Below are positions 30,391 to 39,436 of a stretch of 64,000 nt of DNA, in pieces. The position numbers and the translations under genes were made by a program. Origin of the DNA: a virus. Below the pieces are notes generated by a model that was given only the letters and a program-made list of their open reading frames with translations, was not told the DNA's origin and did no database searches. The stretch lies in the IMG/VR virus record IMGVR_UViG_3300009999_000006; one strand, 5' to 3'. How positions within the stretch are numbered: position 1 is the stretch's first letter; each line of letters starts with the position of its first letter.

Positions 30391-31626
30391 TTAACCGAGA
30401 AGTTGAATACGAACTGCTCCGACCGAACCTGCATAGTCCCACTCAGTAGGGATACCAGCAACTGGGTCAACGATTGCTTTTACATCAAGTGTAAGAGCTG
30501 TTACTGTAACGGCTTCATCGAAGTAGACAACAACAGTGTTGTTATGGATGTCGATTTGAACGTCGTTAGCGGCAACTACTGTACTATCTTGTTTTACAAC
30601 AACGTGACCAGCTTCAGTGTGGTCAATTTTGTGACGAAGTTTAATGAAGACTGCTCCACCTTTTTCGCCAACTGTTACTTTACCAGTAGCTGGGTCGAAC
30701 TCAACATCGCCAGAAGGACGAACGGCTTCGACAGCACCGTCGTTGTTAGTTGTAGCATCATACAAGTCTTTAACATCGATTCCTGTGAGGACTTTCTTCG
30801 CACGGAAGAATCCGTCAGTCAAGAATGGAATACCTTTGTCGTTAGCTTGTGTCAATTGTTTTTCGAACTCAGGTTTCCAAGACTTGATGTCGTATGGGTA
30901 ACCCATTGGGTATCCACCTTCACCTGGTGTTGGAGCCGTAGACATTGCTTTAATCATTTCTTCGAGTTGCGGGTTACGCATATCTACGAAATACTGAAGG
31001 AATCCAGCTGGTGGTAAATCACGTTCTACTGCAAGAACTTGACCAACAACAGCGAACGGAGAATCTGGTGTAGCGCCATCAATGACAGCTTTCACGAAGT
31101 TACCGTTCTTACCGACTTTAACGCGGTCACCCGGTTTTAAGTCTTTGTTTGCGCCATAAGCGGCACCGAAATGCATTGCTTTAGCGAAACCTTCTGCTGT
31201 TGCAACAGTTGCATGTTCGAAAAGTGGAACTTCGATGTAGTCACGACGGATAACAGTTGGAACATTACCTTCCATACGGTCGCGGCGTTGTTGGTATACG
31301 TTGTGGTGAATAACACCGATAACATTTGTAGAACCTTCATCTGCTACACGAATAGCTGTATGCTTGTGACCTGTTTCACGGTCAAGTTGAGCGTCTGTCG
31401 CTTCAACAATTTTACCTTTTGCAATAAGAACTGTCTGGTTGCCTTCTGGACCGAATACATAAGTGAATTCTGGTGCGATGACTGAACCGTCCGCGTGCTT
31501 ACGTGTGTTATTGTCTTTAGCGACTGTGAATCGCTCTGCTGGTGCATTACCTTCTGAAACTACTAGGTTAGTGTGCGTCTTGCCAGCGAAAGTGTATGTG
31601 TCGTTTACGTTAGGAAACAAACCCAT
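30391..31626 (-). CDS. Capsid decoration/cement-like structural protein
   Basis: Between scaffold and MCP; LKPGDRVK...VVGQV motif; biased codon usage. Confidence 0.6.
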   Translation of the reverse strand: MGLFPNVNDTYTFAGKTHTNLVVSEGNAPAERFTVAKDNNTRKHADGSVIAPEFTYVFGPEGNQTVLIAKGKIVEATDAQLDRETGHKHTAIRVADEGSTNVIGVIHHNVYQQRRDRMEGNVPTVIRRDYIEVPLFEHATVATAEGFAKAMHFGAAYGANKDLKPGDRVKVGKNGNFVKAVIDGATPDSPFAVVGQVLAVERDLPPAGFLQYFVDMRNPQLEEMIKAMSTAPTPGEGGYPMGYPYDIKSWKPEFEKQLTQANDKGIPFLTDGFFRAKKVLTGIDVKDLYDATTNNDGAVEAVRPSGDVEFDPATGKVTVGEKGGAVFIKLRHKIDHTEAGHVVVKQDSTVVAANDVQIDIHNNTVVVYFDEAVTVTALTLDVKAIVDPVAGIPTEWDYAGSVGAVRIQLLG

Positions 31627-31644
31627 TCTGATTTCCTCCTCAGG

Positions 31645-32301
31645 TTAGTTAGAACGTTTCGTTGAGAATAAGCCTTTAAGAGCCTCTTCAAACGAAAGTC
31701 CTTCTTCTTGTTTATTTGTTGGTGATGGTTCTTGCTGACCTTGCTTGATTTGTTGACGAAGTGTACCTGTACCTTCTTCAAAGTTTCCACGTAACTTCAA
31801 TTCTTCTTTCATATCTTCGATACCGTCTTTAACAGAGTTTAGTTCGCGTGTAGCGAGCTTTTGGACTGCTTCTTCATATGTAGTATCTTTGCCATTAGCG
31901 ATACGAAGAGATGCCAGGTGATTGATATGTGATTCTTGGATTTCTTTGTTGAGTTCAGCTGTTACTTGTTCTGTCTGAGTCAAAGCTTCTTTTGCTTCTG
32001 TCAAAGCCGCTGTGAGAGTTTCTTTCTCCTCCGACAAGGCAACCAATGCTTCTTCTTTTTCAGTCAAAGTTTTTTGTACACCTTCCAGCTCTTCAGTAAG
32101 GGCAGTAGTAGAGTTAACTAACTCTTCCTTCTCCTTTAAAACCTTTTCGTTTTCTTCTGTCAACGCTGTTTTTTCATTTTCTAGCAATTCTGTAGATTCT
32201 TTTACAGTTTCGAGCTCAGCTTGTACTGTTTCAAGTTGTTCTTTCACAGTTTTCAATGCTTCGAGTTCTTCCTGTAATGCTTTAATTTGCTCTTCTGTCA
32301 T
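31645..32301 (-). CDS. Nested in-frame scaffolding protein (internal start MTEEQIK)
   Basis: GAAGGAG RBS 9 nt upstream of an in-frame ATG at the start of the coiled coil. Confidence 0.55.
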   Translation of the reverse strand: MTEEQIKALQEELEALKTVKEQLETVQAELETVKESTELLENEKTALTEENEKVLKEKEELVNSTTALTEELEGVQKTLTEKEEALVALSEEKETLTAALTEAKEALTQTEQVTAELNKEIQESHINHLASLRIANGKDTTYEEAVQKLATRELNSVKDGIEDMKEELKLRGNFEEGTGTLRQQIKQGQQEPSPTNKQEEGLSFEEALKGLFSTKRSN

Positions 32302-33060
32302 TGCAAGTTCTCCTTCCATGATGATGATGTCATCTTTGGATTCTTTGGTAATACCGACGAGTTCATTCTTTGAAACGCTTCCGTTGCCGAGCATAATGAT
32401 ACCGCCTGTTGATTCTTTCGCTGTCGCTAATAAGACACTCGATTGGGAATCAACAATCATAGCATCGCTATCTGCTGGAACATTGACCCATGAGAGTTCA
32501 TCGAACCATAAGTTCTCTGTGACCCATTCTGCCATCCGTCCATCATAGACTTCACCTTTCATGTGTCCACAGAACCCTTCTGAGATGATGTGAGTCCCAC
32601 AGATAGAACACGTAACTTCATCCGTTGTTGCTCCAATAGAGACCGTCAAAAGACGTTCACCGAGAATGCCATCAATGGCTTCGGCATCTGTAATCTTTGG
32701 AACCGCAATAATGCCGGGACGTCCTGCTTGTGTGTACTCCGCGAAAGCGGCCGTATAAATACGTCCAGTGGCTTTCGTGTTTACATCATGGTTATAAATA
32801 ACCGGTTTTGGATACGGATGCAACCAAGAGTAAACTCCTGATTTGTTTTCCATTGAGCCCCGTAGTTTCTCTCGTTGGTAGACGGTGTTGTTACGAGTGG
32901 CTCCTGCATGAATGGCTTCGATACGAGGAAGCAGGAATCGCTCTTCATTGAGCGACTCTTGCATTCGGATATTCGGTTTTTCGAAAGTCATTTTCACACG
33001 AGTAGATTCGTGTAGTTCTTTCGGGTCAATTTGGAGCTTGCCGTATTTTAAGTAAGTCAT
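31645..33060 (-). CDS. Prohead protease with C-terminal coiled-coil scaffold
   Basis: HAGATRNN, PVIYNH, TVSIG, CSICG and ELSWVNVPAD motifs; acidic coiled-coil C-terminus. Start moved to the RBS-supported ATG overlapping the portal stop. Confidence 0.8.
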   Translation of the reverse strand: MTYLKYGKLQIDPKELHESTRVKMTFEKPNIRMQESLNEERFLLPRIEAIHAGATRNNTVYQREKLRGSMENKSGVYSWLHPYPKPVIYNHDVNTKATGRIYTAAFAEYTQAGRPGIIAVPKITDAEAIDGILGERLLTVSIGATTDEVTCSICGTHIISEGFCGHMKGEVYDGRMAEWVTENLWFDELSWVNVPADSDAMIVDSQSSVLLATAKESTGGIIMLGNGSVSKNELVGITKESKDDIIIMEGELAMTEEQIKALQEELEALKTVKEQLETVQAELETVKESTELLENEKTALTEENEKVLKEKEELVNSTTALTEELEGVQKTLTEKEEALVALSEEKETLTAALTEAKEALTQTEQVTAELNKEIQESHINHLASLRIANGKDTTYEEAVQKLATRELNSVKDGIEDMKEELKLRGNFEEGTGTLRQQIKQGQQEPSPTNKQEEGLSFEEALKGLFSTKRSN

Positions 33061-35165
33061 TGCAAACCTCCTAAATCGATTGTGCAAGTACATCCTGGAT
33101 GATGCGGTGGAACCGATTCAATCCAGTCCATGGCTGTTATGTCCACTTCATTTTTTTTCTTGCAAGTTTCGCAAGCTGTTTCGCTGATAACAGTCTGTAC
33201 TTTAGATAATCCTGATTCTCTTGCGGCTAAGCACAAACCAATGTTGTAGGCGCGATAAAGCTCCATTTTACTAATTAAACGTAACCGATATTCATGGGCA
33301 GTAAAGATTTGTTCTCGACTTTCCTTAGTTTCCGACGACTGAAGTCGAGTTTCCAATTGCTTGAACAACCGAGTCACAGAAGCTTTCATTTCATTCAATA
33401 TGTAGGTCGTTCCTTCTGCTAATTGACTCGTATGAAGTTGTTCCTTCTTACTTTGTGCCCATCCAACTTTCATGGCTTGCATACTGTAGTCTTCAGATGT
33501 TTTCATCAAGCTCTGGATTAACAGAGTGCTTGCCAATTCGATTTGCTTTGGCGTGATGGCTTCTTGATTCATATCTTCCTTAAAAGCTTTCCAGTGTACG
33601 TTTAACTTCTTTTCCAATTGGTTAATACCTAACTCACTGCTAAAACTAACCAGTTCATCCTTTTTCGTCAATAGCGTTTCTTCATCTTTTTCTTGAGATT
33701 CTTGAACTCCTGCTTTTTTTCCACTATTTTCCCGCTTTTTTGTGTTCGGTGCCGTTTGTTTCCCATTCTGATTCTCAGGTTGATTCTGATTACTTGTTGT
33801 ATTCATGGCCGCCTGTGTTGCCAAATCAGCTGTCTGTTGTGCCTGTGTTGCCGTAATCATTTGGAAGAAGAGACGTCCTTCATCGACGGTTACATCTCGG
33901 TTCATTTCCATACGCATTTCTTCGAATGTAATCGCATTCTGAGTAAACAACTGAATAGCATGATTCTCACGGGCAATCTTGACAGATTGTTCAATATCCG
34001 TGAAACTAAACAACACTTCATCGTCAGGGTTAAGGGTTGGGTCAAATCCCCCTTCAAACAACAATTCATTGATGATTTTATGTTGGATATGCACCGCTAA
34101 ATTCTCTTGGAATTCTTTAACACTGTCATTCAAATCAGAAGACATGTTATCTGACGTTGACTTATTCGCGGTGTCTCCAATTCCCATAACAGAGTCACTT
34201 ACATTAAGTCCTGTAAAAATCCGTTGCCGGAAATACTTCAGGTAGTTAGAAACATCTAAGGCTGTAGAGTCACCACCAATCGATTCTAGTTTGTATCGTT
34301 CAGGGAAAACAAGAACCGAGTCCGCCGCCATCATTCGAATCTCATCTCGGACTTCTTCAATTTCTTCTTCTGTCGCTTCAAAACCGGCTTGCGGTAATCC
34401 TACGGTTAAGACTTGTTTTGGAAATAAGTGTTTGTAAATCAAACGATAAACATTGTCTTCAATCTGACGAAGCAATAACACGTCTTGTAAAACATTGTGA
34501 ATCATTGGAACCCCATAGGCTCTTCCTGTTGGTCGTTTATATGGAAGATGAACTACTTCGGTCTCTGCATACTCGACACCTGACCCACCACCAGAAGATT
34601 GTTCGTAACTCACAACGTTTCCAAACTCATCTCGTTCAATCTTGAATGTACTTGGTGCCGCTGGGAAGTAACCCGCAATCGGTTGTTTGTTTGTATATCC
34701 AATGGCATTTAATCCAGGAACTTGAACAGCTTTTTTGGCTCGTACTTTAATTAAGAAAGCATTGCCATATAAGACATAATCACTGCCCATTTGACGGAAG
34801 AGGTCATCGGTTGGAAGCTTTGTCGCTTCTGCCATCAATTTTAAACGCATCCAAATGTATTCGGATGCCGCATCATTCTTCGACTTCAATTCCCACCCTG
34901 ATTTGAACATCCCTGAGATATGACGGTCAATGGCTCGTCGAATATAAGAGTCTGAGAGATAGGCGCGTTCCACTTGTTGTAAATCAACGGGACTCTCTTC
35001 AAAGCCCGCTCCGCCTCCTCCTGAAATCGGTTGAGCGACGGATTTAATCGTTGTCTTCTTTGGGTCACGCAAGGCACCGGCTTCTGTGACCGGTACCACT
35101 TTTTGTTCTACTTTTTGTACTTTATTCATATCTGATTGAATTTGTAATAACTTTAAAGGGTTCAT
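33057..35165 (-). CDS. Portal protein fused to a Mu gpF-like C-terminal domain
   Basis: DYVLYGNAF, EVVHL...YGVP, ITFEEMR; C-terminal CETC...PPHHPGCTC. Confidence 0.85.
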   Translation of the reverse strand: MNPLKLLQIQSDMNKVQKVEQKVVPVTEAGALRDPKKTTIKSVAQPISGGGGAGFEESPVDLQQVERAYLSDSYIRRAIDRHISGMFKSGWELKSKNDAASEYIWMRLKLMAEATKLPTDDLFRQMGSDYVLYGNAFLIKVRAKKAVQVPGLNAIGYTNKQPIAGYFPAAPSTFKIERDEFGNVVSYEQSSGGGSGVEYAETEVVHLPYKRPTGRAYGVPMIHNVLQDVLLLRQIEDNVYRLIYKHLFPKQVLTVGLPQAGFEATEEEIEEVRDEIRMMAADSVLVFPERYKLESIGGDSTALDVSNYLKYFRQRIFTGLNVSDSVMGIGDTANKSTSDNMSSDLNDSVKEFQENLAVHIQHKIINELLFEGGFDPTLNPDDEVLFSFTDIEQSVKIARENHAIQLFTQNAITFEEMRMEMNRDVTVDEGRLFFQMITATQAQQTADLATQAAMNTTSNQNQPENQNGKQTAPNTKKRENSGKKAGVQESQEKDEETLLTKKDELVSFSSELGINQLEKKLNVHWKAFKEDMNQEAITPKQIELASTLLIQSLMKTSEDYSMQAMKVGWAQSKKEQLHTSQLAEGTTYILNEMKASVTRLFKQLETRLQSSETKESREQIFTAHEYRLRLISKMELYRAYNIGLCLAARESGLSKVQTVISETACETCKKKNEVDITAMDWIESVPPHHPGCTCTIDLGGLQ

Positions 35166-35183
35166 TCCTCAACTACTCCTATC

Positions 35184-36074
35184 TTAAATGTCTACTCGAA
35201 TTTCTTTGCAATCCGCCCGGAATTCACAACGAACCAAACCAGTCAGTGCAGGAGCAAGACCTTTCATTTCAGGATAGCTGTCCCAGTAATCAACAAAGCT
35301 TCCACCGACTACATATGTCCGTTTATGTGGAATCAAATCTTCACTCTCATCGTCCATCATAAAGATGAGGTCAGTATGTGATTGACGTCCATGGGTATGC
35401 CCTGAGATATACAAGTCAGCATTACCTAAAACTTTGTTCATTTTTTCTGCTGTGTTGGCTTTAGCACCCGGACTAGCACCGCCACCTGCTCCATGGAAAG
35501 CCACGACTTTATACAATTGCTCTCCGACTTGAAGGCGGAAGAATCCTTGGTATCCGAAGTAAGGGACTTCTAGTTTCTCTGCTAACATCCGCATCGGGTT
35601 AATCCCAATCATGTTAGCAATTCGTTCTTCATGGTTCCCGGGGCCGCATCCTAAAATCTTACCGGCTTCTGCTAATGGTTTGAGTAGTTCTTCTAACAGA
35701 CGCATTTGCTCTGGGAAATTGAATGCTTCTTCAAACATCGCTTTTCCGACAGAGACTTTCGTGGCAGTTTCTGCTAAATCGCCATTTAAGACCGTGACCG
35801 CATTCGGTGTTTCTAATATGTAACGAATGTATCCTTTGAATAGCTCTAGATTGGCTTCACGATGCCCTAGGTGAACGTCTGTAATAGGAACGATAATAAG
35901 ACCTTGTTCGTGGTGAATCGGTTCTGTGAAGCTATAGCTGATGACACTTTTTCCTTTTAACGGGACATCTTGACGCACACGGTAGAAGTGTTCAAGAGAT
36001 TTTGTTGATTCCTCTGTTAAATTGACGGTTTGTTTCATTTGTTGTACTAAACGTTCTAATTTCTCTTTTTTCAC
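35184..36074 (-). CDS. Calcineurin-like metallophosphoesterase
   Basis: DVHLG, NGD, GNHE, FHG and GHTH motifs in canonical order. Confidence 0.9.
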   Translation of the reverse strand: MKKEKLERLVQQMKQTVNLTEESTKSLEHFYRVRQDVPLKGKSVISYSFTEPIHHEQGLIIVPITDVHLGHREANLELFKGYIRYILETPNAVTVLNGDLAETATKVSVGKAMFEEAFNFPEQMRLLEELLKPLAEAGKILGCGPGNHEERIANMIGINPMRMLAEKLEVPYFGYQGFFRLQVGEQLYKVVAFHGAGGGASPGAKANTAEKMNKVLGNADLYISGHTHGRQSHTDLIFMMDDESEDLIPHKRTYVVGGSFVDYWDSYPEMKGLAPALTGLVRCEFRADCKEIRVDI

Positions 36075-36096
36075 GGTAGTTGCTCCTCTTTATGGA

Positions 36097-37416
36097 TTAT
36101 AAGTGTTCAATAAAACCTGCAATGTCTTTATAACTGGTTCGCGCCGTTTCTTTCTCATATACTTGCTTAATCTTTTGTTGTCTCACCAATATGTCTTGTA
36201 AACTCATACGATAGAAGTTCTCGGTATGCTCTTTACGCTGTTCGTAGCTATGATGCATACCTACAGTTAACGCATCAAAGAATTTATCCTGTTCTTCTGT
36301 AGTCGTTGTTTGTTCTAACAACAATTCTTTCCAATCTTCCGACCAGTTGTCTGTGATTTCAACATGAGTCAACACCGTATCTTGCATCCGCTTTCGTTTC
36401 TCTAGACTGAGATGGTTGCGATTGATGTCTTTGAGTTCTTGCTTGTCCTCATTCTGTTTATCGACAGACAGTTTTAACAATCCTTTCGCTTTCGCTAAGC
36501 CTTGTTTCAGCTCCGTCTCCGATTCATAGTAAGGAAACAAAGCAGAGAAATAATTGGAATCTGTCCCATAAACTTCTTTCTTCAAATTTCGTTTGATGCT
36601 TTCTACACTTTGATACACATTTTTAAGCTTTTCATTTGTAACTTCGATGCCTTCATTGATTAAAATCTTTTCATTATCATATTTCGAGCTTTTTCTTCGA
36701 AGTAATCGGCTTTCATCTTTTAATAGAACCACTTTAGCTAAATCATTCATGATAAAAGCATTACGTTCAGATGTTTCTAGTTTCACGACTTCTTTTTGGA
36801 CATTTAATGCCGCTTCACTATACGTCTTCTGTTTATCCTTTAATTGCTTCATAAAGTCTTCTGTTGGACTAAAGGTTGCGCCCATGACCCCAAACACGGT
36901 TTCATTCGTAAATTCTGTAAATGCATTGAAGTCTTGTTCCATTTCTAATATGTCTTCATAATATTCCATGGCTAAGGTACCTTCTACGTCTTCGGCTTCA
37001 TCTTCCCAAATCTGAATCAAGTATTCGGAAGCGGGTGTTTTCGATGAAGTCAACAAGGTCTTATACGTCTCAGCATCTAAATAATTTTGTGTAAATCCTA
37101 GTTCTGTTAAAGCTGTAGCGGCGACACTTCCTGTTTCAATCGGAAGTTGTACGTCTTGTATCATTTCTTCAATACTCGTTTTAACGGATTGAATGAAATC
37201 ATGCAACTCGGTCATGTTCTGCCCTAAGTCTGTTGGAAGAATTGTTTCACTTTCGACCGGTGTTGTCTCACTGACGACATCTTCAATGGCTTCGTCGATG
37301 AGTGCCCGGCGTTCTCGTTCTTCTTCTTTGTTTAGTGGACGGTAATTAATTCGTTCTCGTTCTGCTGAAGTATCAATCCCCGGTAATGCTGTTACTTCAT
37401 CGTAGTTGTTATCCAT
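36097..37416 (-). CDS. Hypothetical coiled-coil protein
   Basis: 439-aa ORF with AAGGAG RBS. Confidence 0.7.
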   Translation of the reverse strand: MDNNYDEVTALPGIDTSAERERINYRPLNKEEERERRALIDEAIEDVVSETTPVESETILPTDLGQNMTELHDFIQSVKTSIEEMIQDVQLPIETGSVAATALTELGFTQNYLDAETYKTLLTSSKTPASEYLIQIWEDEAEDVEGTLAMEYYEDILEMEQDFNAFTEFTNETVFGVMGATFSPTEDFMKQLKDKQKTYSEAALNVQKEVVKLETSERNAFIMNDLAKVVLLKDESRLLRRKSSKYDNEKILINEGIEVTNEKLKNVYQSVESIKRNLKKEVYGTDSNYFSALFPYYESETELKQGLAKAKGLLKLSVDKQNEDKQELKDINRNHLSLEKRKRMQDTVLTHVEITDNWSEDWKELLLEQTTTTEEQDKFFDALTVGMHHSYEQRKEHTENFYRMSLQDILVRQQKIKQVYEKETARTSYKDIAGFIEHL

Positions 37417-37444
37417 CGTTCAAACTCCTTTTATTGGTTCATTA

Positions 37445-37490
37445 CAAAAAAAGTAGCCCCTAGGCAGGGGAGGAGGCCTTGGGACTACAT
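37445..37490 (-). terminator. Terminator with C-rich loop
   Basis: GTAGTCCC-AAGGC-CTCCTCCCCT-GCCT-AGGGGCTAC followed by T7. Confidence 0.7.
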
Positions 37491-37543
37491 CAAAAAAGGG
37501 AGAGGGAGCTGTATATGATGAAAGGGTTGCCCCTCAACATCCA

Positions 37544-38827
37544 TTAAAAATGGCTTCGTCCTTTAAAGGACTTTTGTTGCCCTCTACTTCCCCAGTCCAA
37601 TGAATCACGACTTTTCTTCTTGCCAAGCGTTGTACGTCTTGGTGGTCGTGGCCCAGGCTCATCCCATTCTTCTGCTTTACTGGTATTTGCAAACGTATTG
37701 TTTTCAAACACTGCTTTCAATGGGTCTACGAATTCACGCTTAATCGTTGTAAATTGACGTGCCACATCTTTCGTTTGTACGGCTTTCGCTAAATCAGGGA
37801 AAACGGTATTAAAAGCATACAGAGTTAACATGAGTGCGTCTAAAGCATGTTCATCTTCGTTCGAGAAAGTAGGTTCGCCAGTCTTCGGTGCAATCCGTTT
37901 AACTTGATATTTCGTCATCTGACGGTTGATGGTATCATCGACATCTTTTGATGGAATCCGAAGTTGTCCCCGGTCCAGCAAAAAGGTCGTAATGTTAACC
38001 ATGAAGGCTTTCAGTGGCTTTTTATCAAGAGTCCGACTAATCGGGTCATGCACGATTTCAGAACTACCAAACGCAACCGCCCGTACCTTGTCTCCTAATG
38101 ACAAGCGCAAGACTTCAGACTGGTAATCTCCGGCCCCTTTATCGACATAAATCGCAAATGGTTCGTAAATTTTATCCAGTTCTTTCAATTTCTTAACAGC
38201 ATTGTCATACGTGTATTGTCCACGTGGAATCTCAATACGATTGATGACTCGAAAACGTCCATAAGGTGATAAGACTTCGTCCATATCAGTTCCTGTTTGG
38301 CGTCGCTCTTCGAATCTATCCCATTGTGTCACTACAATTTGCGTAGCGGCACCGGCTTTATCCCAGTCAACACCAATCGCAATTGGCGCATCATTGGTTC
38401 GCTGGCTGAGATAACCATAACCACTTGAACTAGCTTCGTCAATGTAGTCTTTGTTGAATACCCCAGCATCCTCTGTTCCAAATTCTGCTAGAACTTCGTG
38501 CTCGTAAGCCGAGTTCGTGTACATCATTTTCATTTCTCGTTCCATCTCTGGAGACCACTCTGGGTTAACCATTGTAGGGAAATGGAACTCTTTCCATCCT
38601 TCTGCTGAAGCTCGGTCGTAGAGCCGGGCATCGAAGTGATGACCATCCGTTGTTTTCAACGGACTAATTTTCTGATTTTGGTTGAATGGCAGTTCTACAC
38701 ACGCTTGATAAAACTTTCCACGACGACCAGTTGGCGTCGAGGCCATCATAACCCCAATTCGTTTTGGTGCCTCCATCGAAATCGCATAAATCGCTTCAAA
38801 GTCTTTATCACCTAAATAGTCTACTTC
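37544..38827 (-). CDS. terL: Terminase large subunit, exon 2
   Basis: Begins EVDYL, completing Walker B LYLD|E; ASTP coupling motif; GVDWD and DEHALDA nuclease motifs. Confidence 0.9.
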   Translation of the reverse strand, partial: EVDYLGDKDFEAIYAISMEAPKRIGVMMASTPTGRRGKFYQACVELPFNQNQKISPLKTTDGHHFDARLYDRASAEGWKEFHFPTMVNPEWSPEMEREMKMMYTNSAYEHEVLAEFGTEDAGVFNKDYIDEASSSGYGYLSQRTNDAPIAIGVDWDKAGAATQIVVTQWDRFEERRQTGTDMDEVLSPYGRFRVINRIEIPRGQYTYDNAVKKLKELDKIYEPFAIYVDKGAGDYQSEVLRLSLGDKVRAVAFGSSEIVHDPISRTLDKKPLKAFMVNITTFLLDRGQLRIPSKDVDDTINRQMTKYQVKRIAPKTGEPTFSNEDEHALDALMLTLYAFNTVFPDLAKAVQTKDVARQFTTIKREFVDPLKAVFENNTFANTSKAEEWDEPGPRPPRRTTLGKKKSRDSLDWGSRGQQKSFKGRSHF

Positions 38828-39436
38828 CAGTTCCTTACACAAGGCGTGACCCTTGCTCCCGGCTTTCACACGGGGATGAGACTATATCATCATCTCTTTG
38901 TATTGTTGTACCATCATTTCAAACGTCCGATAGACGAGAAAATCTTCTTTTGGCACATACATCAAATCGTTATAAATTGATATTGTTTCAATCGTATGCG
39001 AATTGATATCCAATACCACAGGAATAAACTCATACGCTTTAAATTGGTAGAAGCAGTCCTGTTGCCACGGGTAGCTTTCACTAATAAAGAAGTATGTGCC
39101 CCCTCGTTTGTAGTTTCCGAGGGTTGTATTCATTGTGATTTTGAAAAATACAGGAGATGCTGAGCGCTTCGAAGGCACTTGCCCTCTACTCTCTTTCGAG
39201 ATAGTCGTTGCGGACCATCCTGTTGCAGTGACAGGACATTCCTCAGAATTGCCATGCAATGAGGTATATGCACGTGCAATATCTACAATAGACTGTCCAG
39301 CGGTTTCAGATAGATGACGCAATGACTGACGATATTGTTTGTCGGATAAGTACATATAGAATTCCTCCATTGGTTAGGTTTCTCTGATTTCACTCAGTTT
39401 TCATTATGCTGTCACCAGCATACGGGACAAAAATTT
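38828..39436 (-). ncRNA. Group I intron (609 nt, IA-like) in terL Walker B
   Basis: Exon 1 ends in U paired in P1 (GGAU/GUCC). P2 UAUGCUG-GUGA-CAGCAUA; P3 CUGAG/CUCAG; P4 UCAGAG with UUCUGA; R GCAACGACUAUC; S GAUAUAGUC; terminal G at 38828. Removal restores WLYLDEVDYL. Confidence 0.92.
38882..39355 (-). CDS. Intron-encoded ORF of unknown function spanning the ribozyme core
   Basis: GGAGG RBS then ATG TAC; open for 157 codons; no recognisable homing endonuclease motif. Confidence 0.5.
   Translation of the reverse strand: MYLSDKQYRQSLRHLSETAGQSIVDIARAYTSLHGNSEECPVTATGWSATTISKESRGQVPSKRSASPVFFKITMNTTLGNYKRGGTYFFISESYPWQQDCFYQFKAYEFIPVVLDINSHTIETISIYNDLMYVPKEDFLVYRTFEMMVQQYKEMMI

Noticed and set aside
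38828..38869. ORF-track start of 37544-38869 (MKAGSKGH...) as a separate gene
   Set aside because: These codons are intron P9 sequence; the true exon begins at 38827
39404..39436. C-terminal KFLSRMLVTA of ORF 39404-41134
   Set aside because: Read-through into the intron P1/P2 region
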